Positions 37,596-45,620 of a stretch of DNA of 64,000 nucleotides are shown here, in pieces. Position 1 is the first letter of the stretch; each line of letters starts with the position of its first letter. The position numbers were made by a program, and so were the translations under genes. The stretch is from Methylococcaceae bacterium (GTDB taxonomy: Bacteria; Pseudomonadota; Gammaproteobacteria; Methylococcales; Methylococcaceae), in the NCBI GenBank assembly GCA_044351045.1, contig JBILGM010000001.1:7314-71313 (forward strand), written 5' to 3'. Below the pieces are notes generated by a model, which saw nothing but the letters and a program-made list of their open reading frames with translations, was not told where the DNA came from and searched no databases.

Positions 37596-37993
37596 TTCTG
37601 CTCGATACCCACAGTCTGATCTGGATGGATCAAGACAATCCACTGTTGGGCCCCTCGGCCCGCCGGCTCATTGAGGCGGCATGGCGGGAAGGTCTGGTCG
37701 CTGTGAGTGCCATCAGTTTTTGGGAATCAGCCATGCTGGTCGAACGGTCCAGGATCAGTTTGCCGGTTTCTGTTGAGACTTGGCGTACCGATCTGATTCA
37801 GTCAGGTGTCAAGGAGATTTCCCTGGACGGACGGATCATGCTCAGGTCTACCCAATTGCAGGGCTTGCATAGGGATCCAGCAGACCGGTTTATCGTTGCG
37901 ACGGCCTTGCAACACTCTGCCACGCTGATTACTGCGGATAGCAAGATTCTGAATTGGGATAATGAGTTTCCAAGGCAGGACGCCCGGATTTGA
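37577..37993 (+). CDS. vapC: PIN-domain toxin (VapC family); alternative TTG start at 37592
   Basis: ILLDTHSLIWMDQDN ... and C-terminal ADRFIVATALQHSATLITADSKI, with the conserved acidic residues of PIN domains. Confidence 0.8.
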   Translation: MEGSGLILLDTHSLIWMDQDNPLLGPSARRLIEAAWREGLVAVSAISFWESAMLVERSRISLPVSVETWRTDLIQSGVKEISLDGRIMLRSTQLQGLHRDPADRFIVATALQHSATLITADSKILNWDNEFPRQDARI

Positions 37994-38047
37994 TGCGGAT
38001 TCTGTGTCGCCACGAAAGCGCCGTTTTTTCTTGAATACCCACCTTGC

Positions 38048-39970
38048 ATGCTGACTGACTTCCACTTTCTCCGTCCCTGGTGGCTGCTGGCCCTGATCGG
38101 GTTGGTGGGCATACTCTGGCTGCTGGCCCGTCGGCAGGCGGGATCAGGCGACTGGGCGGAGTATTGCGACGAGGCCTTGATGCCTTATGTCCTGATCGGC
38201 CGACCCGCCAAGCAATCGCGGTTGCCGCTCTGGTTGGCGGGACTGACCGGGCTGATCGCCGTTCTCGCGCTTGCCGGACCCGCCTGGGAGCGGTTGCCCA
38301 CTCCGGTCTTCCGCAATCTGTCGGCCATGGTCATCGTGCTGGACTTGTCTTGGGCGATGGAGGCGAACGATGTCAAACCCAATCGACTGGAGCGCGCCCG
38401 CTTCAAGATCGATGATCTACTGAAGGCGCGCAAGGATGGACAGACAGCGCTGCTGGCCTATGCCGGCGATGCCTTTGTTGTGACGCCCCTCACCGATGAT
38501 GTTGCCACGATTACGGCGCAACTGACCGCGTTGTCGCCTCAGATCATGCCGCTGCAGGGGACGCGCATGGCTCTGGGCCTGGATGCGGCGGGTCGATTGT
38601 TGCAGCAGGCCGGACAGAAAACCGGCGATGTGCTGGTGGTAACGGCCGGGGAAGACGTGGCTGCCGCCACGGCGGCCGCGTCCCGTCTCCAGTCCCAAGG
38701 CTACCGGGTGTCGCTGATCGGTGTGGGTTCCCGGGAGGGTGCGCCGGTCCCGTTGCCGGAGGGGGGGTTTCGCAAAGACAGTAATGGCAAGATGCTGCTG
38801 TCGCGGTTGGACATCAAGGCGCTGTGGGACCTGGCGCAGGCCGGTGGCGGCGTCTATCGCACGCTGGATACGGGCGCGGCGGACACCGATGCCGTGCTGG
38901 AATTCGTCGACCGGCGGGCGGAGGCCGATCAACAATCGGGACAGGATATCCATGTCGACCAGTGGCGTGATGGCGGCGTCTGGCTGTTGCCGTTACTGAT
39001 TCCGTTGGCGGCACTGGGGTTTAGGCGCGGCTGGCTGGGCTTGATTTTGCTCGCGGTGCTGGCGCCGGTGCCCCAACCGGCCTGGGCGCTGGAGTGGGCG
39101 GATTTATGGAGGACGCCGGATCAACAGGCACAGCAAGTGCTGCAATCGGGTGACGCCAAGGCCGCTGCCGAGCGCTTTGCCGATCCTGATTGGAAAGCGG
39201 CGGCCGAATACAAGGCCGGCCAGTTCGAGGCGGCGGCCCAGCATCTGGAGCCCAGGGACACCTCACTCGCGCAATACAATCGCGGCAATGCGTTGGCCCG
39301 GCAAGGCCAGCTGGAGTCGGCGCTCAAGGCCTATGATCGGGCGTTGGAACTGAATCCCGGCCATGAGGACGCCCAATACAATCGCAAGCTGGTGGAAGAG
39401 GCGCTGAAGAAACAGCAGGAGCAGCAGCAAAAACAAGACCCGTCCGAATCCTCCAAGGAGGGCGATCAGGGGCAACAGTCCAATCAGGATCAGAAAAACC
39501 AGGACGGGGAGAAAAAGCCATCCCAGTCGCAGGAGTCGCAGGATCAAAAACCGGAGTCCTCGCAAGCCCAGCAGGACAAGAATCAGGCCGATAGTTCGGC
39601 TAATGAGGAAAAGTCTTCAGGCGAAAATGACGAGTCGAAAGACCCGGCTAAATCGGCGGAAAGTCAGACTGGGTCTACTGAAGGTGATCCGCAACAACCC
39701 AAGCCGGATGACGGCAAGCAAGAAACCGCGGCCAAGCAGGATGCCGCCCAACAGGATGCTCCCGCCGAACCAGCTCGACCCGATGCGCAGGAGGCCCAAG
39801 ACGCCAAGGACAAGCCCGCTGCGGCTGCTCAGGCACAAGAGCCGCCGAGCGAAAGTGATCAGGCAGAGGCGCAGTGGCTGCGGCGAATACCGGATGACCC
39901 GGGCGGCTTGCTCAAGCGCAAGTTCAACTACCAATACCGCCTGCGTCAGCAACAGCAACCATCGGAGTGA
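38048..39970 (+). CDS. batB: vWA plus TPR protein (BatB-BatC-type fusion) with long acidic/Gln-rich low-complexity tail
   Basis: FHFLRPWWLLALIGL opening, a vWA domain, a second TM, TPR repeats (YNRGNALARQGQLESALKAYDRALELNPGHEDAQYN) and then about 190 aa of Q/E/D/K/S-rich sequence ending WLRRIPDDPGGLLKRKF. Confidence 0.8.
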   Translation: MLTDFHFLRPWWLLALIGLVGILWLLARRQAGSGDWAEYCDEALMPYVLIGRPAKQSRLPLWLAGLTGLIAVLALAGPAWERLPTPVFRNLSAMVIVLDLSWAMEANDVKPNRLERARFKIDDLLKARKDGQTALLAYAGDAFVVTPLTDDVATITAQLTALSPQIMPLQGTRMALGLDAAGRLLQQAGQKTGDVLVVTAGEDVAAATAAASRLQSQGYRVSLIGVGSREGAPVPLPEGGFRKDSNGKMLLSRLDIKALWDLAQAGGGVYRTLDTGAADTDAVLEFVDRRAEADQQSGQDIHVDQWRDGGVWLLPLLIPLAALGFRRGWLGLILLAVLAPVPQPAWALEWADLWRTPDQQAQQVLQSGDAKAAAERFADPDWKAAAEYKAGQFEAAAQHLEPRDTSLAQYNRGNALARQGQLESALKAYDRALELNPGHEDAQYNRKLVEEALKKQQEQQQKQDPSESSKEGDQGQQSNQDQKNQDGEKKPSQSQESQDQKPESSQAQQDKNQADSSANEEKSSGENDESKDPAKSAESQTGSTEGDPQQPKPDDGKQETAAKQDAAQQDAPAEPARPDAQEAQDAKDKPAAAAQAQEPPSESDQAEAQWLRRIPDDPGGLLKRKFNYQYRLRQQQQPSE

Positions 39971-39977
39971 TGCGCCC

Positions 39978-41726
39978 ATGATCTGGAAACCCGTAAGCCG
40001 CTCACATGAGAGTGGAGCGTGGATGTTCAACTTCAGCGGTGCCGTCGCCTGGCTGCTGGCCAGTTTACTGCTGTGGGCCCACCCGGCTTTCGCCGCACAG
40101 ATCGAATTGACGCTGGACCGCAACCCGGTCCCGCTCAATGAGTCTTTTACGCTGACCTTCACTGCTAATGAATCACCGGATGACGATCCTGACTTTTCCC
40201 CGCTGCAGGCGAACTTCGAGGTGCTGAACCAAAGCCAGAGCAGCCAGATGTCCATCGTCAATGGTCGAGCCACCCGAGACATCAGCTGGCAGGTGCAGGT
40301 GATGGCCAAGAACTCCGGGACGCTGGAGATACCAGCCATCGCGTTTGGTCGTGATACGTCCAAGCCTTTCGCGGTCACCATCACCCATGGGGCGGTGACC
40401 GCAAAGCAGGGCAGCGAGGCCAATATTTTGCTGGAGGCTGAGGCCGAGCCCAAGAACCCTTATCTTCAGGCGCAAGTGGTACTGACACTGCGCGTACTGA
40501 GTCGTGTGGCATTTTCCGGCGATTTGGGTCAACCGGAGGTGCCCGACGCTGTGGTCGAAAAGCTGGATGAGGACCGGGAATACGTAACCCTGCGCGATGG
40601 CGTGCAGTTCAAGGTCAACGAGCGCCGCTATGTGCTCTTTCCGCAGAAAAGCGGTCGCCTGACCATCGGTTCCATCAACCTGATCGCGCAGTTGGGCGGC
40701 TCTTCTTTCGGGCCTTTCTACCGACCATCGACGCGCCAGCAGCGGCTGCATTCGGACCCCATCGATCTGGATGTTCGGCCGATACCGGCTCAGTTCACTG
40801 GAAAACACTGGCTACCCGCTACCAAAGTGGAGTTGGGAGAACAATGGCAGCCGGTTACGAGGCAAGTGGCCGGGGGGGAGCCTGTGACCCGGACCGTCAT
40901 GATCAAGGTCGAGGGTGCCGGTGTGGGTCAGCTACCTGAACTGATCGGCGCGGATTTGTCTGCGGCTGACATCAAGCACTACCCCGATCAGCCGGTGACC
41001 AAGGAAACCAAGACGGACGAGGGCCTGGTCAGCCAGCGACAACAGAAAATCGCGTTGATCGCGACTCATGGGGGGACATACACCGTGCCAGCGATGGAGA
41101 TTCCCTGGTGGAATACGGTGACCGACCAGATGGAAGTGGCTCGTTTGCCCGCGCATGAATTGACGGTGTCCGCGGTGGCGGGGGACGCTGAATCGCTCCC
41201 TATCAGTCCGGTTCCTTCGTCAACGTTGGAACCCCGTCCACCAGCAGAGTCGCCCGTGACGGCGGCTCTGCCACCTGCGACTGGCGATCACTGGTTTTGG
41301 CTGGCGCTGCTGTTTGGGCTCGGCTGGTTGCTGACGGGGCTGGCCTGGTGGCGGTCACGCGCCTTACGGTTCAGGGATTCACTGCCCCAGGAAAACCCTG
41401 CCGCCGAGTCGGAGCGACAGCTCATCCGCGCACTGGAGAACGCTTGTAAAGCCAACGACGCCAAGGCCGCGCGCCAGGCGTTTGACCGTTGGGCCGAATT
41501 CCGCTGGCCCGACATGCCTTCTGGCAACCGGCGGCAACAGCTGGATGAGAACCTGAGGATGCTTTTAGACGAGCTTGATCGCTATCTCTTCTCCGCTGGC
41601 GATAACCCACATTGGGCCGGTGTGGATTTCTTGCAGGCCTTCAGACAGTTACTTACCAATCTGAGCCAGGCAACCGCTAGTAAGCCGGCGCCACTACCGG
41701 GTGAGCTAGCTGGTCTTTACAAGTAA
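39978..41726 (+). CDS. batD: BatD-type oxygen-tolerance family protein
   Basis: ORF 39603-41726. The first 125 codons overlap batB in another frame, so the ATG at 39978 is preferred. It has a signal peptide, repeated beta domains and a C-terminal TM (HWFWLALLFGLGWLLTGLAWW), as in BatD. Confidence 0.7.
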   Translation: MIWKPVSRSHESGAWMFNFSGAVAWLLASLLLWAHPAFAAQIELTLDRNPVPLNESFTLTFTANESPDDDPDFSPLQANFEVLNQSQSSQMSIVNGRATRDISWQVQVMAKNSGTLEIPAIAFGRDTSKPFAVTITHGAVTAKQGSEANILLEAEAEPKNPYLQAQVVLTLRVLSRVAFSGDLGQPEVPDAVVEKLDEDREYVTLRDGVQFKVNERRYVLFPQKSGRLTIGSINLIAQLGGSSFGPFYRPSTRQQRLHSDPIDLDVRPIPAQFTGKHWLPATKVELGEQWQPVTRQVAGGEPVTRTVMIKVEGAGVGQLPELIGADLSAADIKHYPDQPVTKETKTDEGLVSQRQQKIALIATHGGTYTVPAMEIPWWNTVTDQMEVARLPAHELTVSAVAGDAESLPISPVPSSTLEPRPPAESPVTAALPPATGDHWFWLALLFGLGWLLTGLAWWRSRALRFRDSLPQENPAAESERQLIRALENACKANDAKAARQAFDRWAEFRWPDMPSGNRRQQLDENLRMLLDELDRYLFSAGDNPHWAGVDFLQAFRQLLTNLSQATASKPAPLPGELAGLYK

Positions 41727-41941
41727 ACACTGTCTTCCATAATCTCCAATTTATTGAATGCCCTGCGGGACAAATGTTGAACTGCCCACATGATTAAGTG
41801 CAACTTGTGGTGTAAAAGCTGGCGGTCTTGCTTGGTCTATCGCGCTGAGAGTTTTTTGAGCAAGCATTGTTCCAGCTAAGCTCAATAAATTAATGTGGGT
41901 GAGCGATAAGGCGAAACCAGCTGCTCTGGGTGATCATCTGT

Positions 41942-43828
41942 TTACTGCTCTGGTTTTTCATTGATCTTAAATGCCCCGACGATATTGTTATCTTTGCCGC
42001 TCATGTCAGTTATTCGTATGCGGTCAGTGGGCACCTTGGGCATCGGATCTGTTCGGTACTGATAAAGAAAATACCCATTTGCAGATTTGCTGGTTGATCT
42101 GATTTCCCTAAGTGGAATTAATTCGCCATTAAAATACATTGAAATTAAATACACATTATCTGCCAGAGAAAAAAACTCCATGTCTTGCAAGAAAATGCTG
42201 TTTCTCATGACAATGTCCAGGCTTTTAGTAAAGCCTTTTTCAATATGGTCATTTGGAAATAAAGACTTTTCTGTTGTTGCTTGTGGGGTGTATAGGATAG
42301 CGGGTATTTCTGTGCTTTGAGCAATCGCAGTGAAACGGTACTTGTCAAAATCATTATATCCTGTAATCAGGTTCAATTTTATAATTTCTTTTAGCCGGCC
42401 TGGGGTAGTGAGAGGAAGCCGAGTTATTATCCTTAGTGAGTCATAAAGATGCCTCGTTTCAGGATCGGTCAGTAGGTTCTTGTTTTCTCTGACGCTCACC
42501 TCATAGTTTTCTGGCAATTGCCGGCTAAAGTGACCAATGCGCCACTGGTTGTCATGCTTTGCCGGCAGTCTGGCGAGCAATGGATCGGAAAGACCACAGT
42601 AATCAATGAGGTGGACCCCCGGCCCTCCTCGTAATCCCGTGAAGCCAAGTCCCCCGCAGGTGACCTGGACCTTGCTGGAAGTGTGAGCTGTTCCGGATAA
42701 TCTGAAAAAATCTCTTCCTGCATGGGCCAGCCCGGTCTTGGAGTCATAAAAGTCACGTTCATCTGCGATGCCGGTAGCCAAGATGTCCCTCAAAGCGTTG
42801 TTGCCACTTTTTGTCCATACGTGCTGGAGGCTCATTGCTCCTAAAATGATGATTATGACGGAGGTTGTCCTGAAGCTAGCGGAATCAAAATTAGATTTGG
42901 CAATGATGATTGCGCTCACGAGTAAAGGGGCGGTAAGAAATCGGCCAGACATGAAGTCGCCGCCTATGCTTACTATAAATAATAGGTAGAGTATGATGCC
43001 AAGGGCGAGTCCCCGCTCCATGAGTTTTCCGCGCAATGACAGTATGATTGCTGTCAGTATTGATCCCATGGTGACTGGGTCGCGAATCGCCGAGTCGATG
43101 ATATAGATAAACCCTTGTCCCACTCGTTCGGCCATTGGAATACCATTTCCAATTTTGGCATATGCTGTATTCGGGAGTGGAAATCCGTAGTAATAAATTG
43201 AGAACAGTGTCCAAGCTACTGCTGGCGTTGTCCCGATAAGTAAGCAGACCGCTAACCTTGATTTCGAGCAATTGTTCCTGTAAGCGGCAATTGATATCAG
43301 GGGCAGTATAAGAAGTGTCAGGTCGGGTCTTGTCAAGTAGATGAGTGAGCCTATAAAAAAGAGAGTTACAAGTGTGCTCTCATGCTTTATATGGTTTGTG
43401 TATGCTGCTATGACGATAAGCAGTATCAGGAAGTGTGATAGAGGGTTCTCGAGTCCGGAGGTGGAGTAGTCAAGATAAGCGGTTGAAAGCAGTAATGCTG
43501 CAACACCAATCAGCCCTGGCTTGGTGGTTGTTGGAATTCGCGTCACGAATAACCATAGGGCGGTTAGTGAGACAAGTATGGGTACCAAGTAGCTTGTTAT
43601 TATAATGTTGCCGAGCACCAGGCTTGATCCGGATAACAGGAGGAACCAGAGCGGGTGCGTGTATGCCTGTACGCGTTCTCCAATGTTAAAGACTGGACCA
43701 TGGCCGTGTTGGAAGTTATCTATGGTCCTAAGCGTTATCGCGGCATCATCTGAAATCCACGCGGTTCTGATTAATGCAAAGAAGAAAATAAGTAAAGCGG
43801 CCAGAAGGATGTGGCGACGATTGTCCAT
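41942..43828 (-). CDS. AT-rich polytopic membrane protein, GT-C-like glycosyltransferase (arabinofuranosyl/mannosyl-transferase-like N-terminus)
   Basis: 628 aa. The N-terminal motif AWISDDAAITLRTIDNF..GHGPVFNIGERVQAYTHPLW is followed by about 12 TM helices and a soluble C-terminal domain. Composition is markedly AT-richer than the flanking genes. Confidence 0.55.
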   Translation of the reverse strand: MDNRRHILLAALLIFFFALIRTAWISDDAAITLRTIDNFQHGHGPVFNIGERVQAYTHPLWFLLLSGSSLVLGNIIITSYLVPILVSLTALWLFVTRIPTTTKPGLIGVAALLLSTAYLDYSTSGLENPLSHFLILLIVIAAYTNHIKHESTLVTLFFIGSLIYLTRPDLTLLILPLISIAAYRNNCSKSRLAVCLLIGTTPAVAWTLFSIYYYGFPLPNTAYAKIGNGIPMAERVGQGFIYIIDSAIRDPVTMGSILTAIILSLRGKLMERGLALGIILYLLFIVSIGGDFMSGRFLTAPLLVSAIIIAKSNFDSASFRTTSVIIIILGAMSLQHVWTKSGNNALRDILATGIADERDFYDSKTGLAHAGRDFFRLSGTAHTSSKVQVTCGGLGFTGLRGGPGVHLIDYCGLSDPLLARLPAKHDNQWRIGHFSRQLPENYEVSVRENKNLLTDPETRHLYDSLRIITRLPLTTPGRLKEIIKLNLITGYNDFDKYRFTAIAQSTEIPAILYTPQATTEKSLFPNDHIEKGFTKSLDIVMRNSIFLQDMEFFSLADNVYLISMYFNGELIPLREIRSTSKSANGYFLYQYRTDPMPKVPTDRIRITDMSGKDNNIVGAFKINEKPEQ

Positions 43829-43894
43829 GACGAATGGTTTATTCGTTTATGATTAGGTGTCTCTTGCCAAGCGAAAGGCCAGATCTACGCTGAG

Positions 43895-44098
43895 TCAATC
43901 ACGTCGCTGGCGATTTTCTCTGCGGCGATCCAGTAGCCAGAAGCCGGCCTGGGTCACAATGACGCCGAGGGCAAAGCCGACTACAAAAAATTCCGAAGGG
44001 TGATGGCCCATGAGTTGGCCGAGTCCGTTGCCGGCAACATAGCCGATAACCAGGGCAAGGCCGATGCGGAGTCGCTTGATGATTTCGTCGGTATTCAT
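43895..44098 (-). CDS. Small two-TM membrane protein, hypothetical
   Basis: The ATG at 44098 (GAGAG SD) gives MNTDEIIKRLRIGLALVIGYVAGNGLGQLMGHHPSEFFVVGFALGVIVTQAGFWLL... Confidence 0.4.
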   Translation of the reverse strand: MNTDEIIKRLRIGLALVIGYVAGNGLGQLMGHHPSEFFVVGFALGVIVTQAGFWLLDRRRENRQRRD

Positions 44099-44249
44099 GA
44101 ATCTCTCAATTCGGCTTGGTGGGTCAGTCCCGCCGGTGTGTATTTTCAATACTTAAAGTTCCGTCCGCTCACCCTTCAACAGGCACTGGGCGAGCGGAAG
44201 GAACTATTGCGTTTAGAAGAGCCCTGCGCGAAGCGCAGTTCTCGGGGCT

Positions 44250-45095
44250 CTACATCCAGTCCTTCCCCTTTTTTCGCACCTGTTCGTAAAACGCATCCAT
44301 GACCTCGACGAAGGATTCGTCCTTGTCCCAGAACGGCGGAAAGTCGCCGCCTTTGCGAATGAGAATGCCGGATACGGCGGCGGGTGGTGGGGGTTCCACC
44401 CCGGCGGGGAGTTTGCGTTGCCCGCGCCAGAATGGCCGTGGGGAAATGCTCTCCGGCAAAGCTTTTTCCACGGGTCGGGTAAAGAACGAGTCGGCGGATT
44501 GGGGTTGGGGCCGGGCCTCGTCAAGGGCCGAGGCCAGCGCGGTGCCCAGCGGCGTGGCCCTGAGCCGCTGGATCAGTTCGGACCGCGAGAGGCCGCGCAG
44601 TTCAAACAGCAGGAACGGGTCCTGGTCCAGTCGTCCGGCCAGCAGCAGATAAAGCGCGGCGACGTGTTTGCAGGGATTTTCGTAGTCCGGACAGGAACAC
44701 CCGCTGGCGACCTCGGATTGGCTCGAGGGCAGCAGGTTGACTCCCAACTCCGCCAGCGGGCGCTCGATCTCATCCGGCATTTCGTTGAACAGTAACCGCG
44801 AGATATAACCAGCCCGGCTGCCGATCAGCGATAGTGCTTCGTCCCACGCTTCGTGCGGAATGGGCGTGAATTGCAGCCAGGTGTCATAGACGGGCACTTC
44901 GTGGATGCCATAGTAGGGATTGAGCTTGCCGCGTATGGTGGCTTCGACCCGGTTGCCGAGAATCTCCCAGCGACTGACTCGATGGCTCCCCAGATATTGC
45001 CGGCCACGCGCCAGTCGGCCGGCCTCGGTGAAAGATTCCAGCACCTCGAGAAAGCGCCGTCCCCAGCAGGTTTTGCTCATTTTGTGGGGGGCCAT
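44250..45095 (-). CDS. SWIM zinc-finger family protein
   Basis: CSCPDYENPCKHVAALYLLL is the SWIM CxCx(n)CxH signature, in a 281-aa protein. Confidence 0.8.
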   Translation of the reverse strand: MAPHKMSKTCWGRRFLEVLESFTEAGRLARGRQYLGSHRVSRWEILGNRVEATIRGKLNPYYGIHEVPVYDTWLQFTPIPHEAWDEALSLIGSRAGYISRLLFNEMPDEIERPLAELGVNLLPSSQSEVASGCSCPDYENPCKHVAALYLLLAGRLDQDPFLLFELRGLSRSELIQRLRATPLGTALASALDEARPQPQSADSFFTRPVEKALPESISPRPFWRGQRKLPAGVEPPPPAAVSGILIRKGGDFPPFWDKDESFVEVMDAFYEQVRKKGKDWM

Positions 45096-45230
45096 GGATG
45101 GATGCTGCAGTGAGTGAGTCCGGTCAAGCAGGGCTATAAGCGGTCATGCGGTTGAAGGCCCGGGAAGGGCTGATTAGCCATGATAGCCGAGCCGGCCAGT
45201 TACCGGAATCGTTCACGTTGCCCTTATGCC

Positions 45231-45514
45231 TCAAAAACTGCGGATGACTCGAACAGAGGCTTCGGCCAACGTGTTTTCATCGGTGATGCGGGCACCGATA
45301 CCGCCCTGGAGCATGAAGTGGTCCGTCACTTCCCATTGCAGTTGCGGCATCAGCAGAAAATTGGTTTTTCCGCCCCCCATGGTTCGATATCACCCAAGGG
45401 GCCCGTTTGCTCGCCCGGTTTCGGCTTGACGGTGGCCCCCATGGTCGAAGTCGCCCCTAGTAGCGCGAGGAGCGAGACGAGGCTGAGCGCTGTCCGTGAT
45501 CTGATTTTGCGCAT
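45231..45514 (-). pseudogene. Remnant of an outer-membrane beta-barrel protein gene (signal peptide plus C-terminal strands in different frames)
   Basis: Reverse strand: MRKIRSRTALSLVSLLALLGATSTMG... stops after 54 codons. A second frame continues ...LLMPQLQWEVTDHFMLQGGIGARITDENTLAEASVRVIRSF*, with the terminal Phe typical of OMPs. Most of the barrel is missing. Confidence 0.45.
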
Positions 45515-45620
45515 GGAGCCATTCTGGGAACTCCAGCTTTCATGAACCTTTCAGTTCAGCAAACATGTCCTGAATAAGTGCGGCTTGAGGCGGGCGAATC
45601 CCTCTTCACTGGCCCAATCT

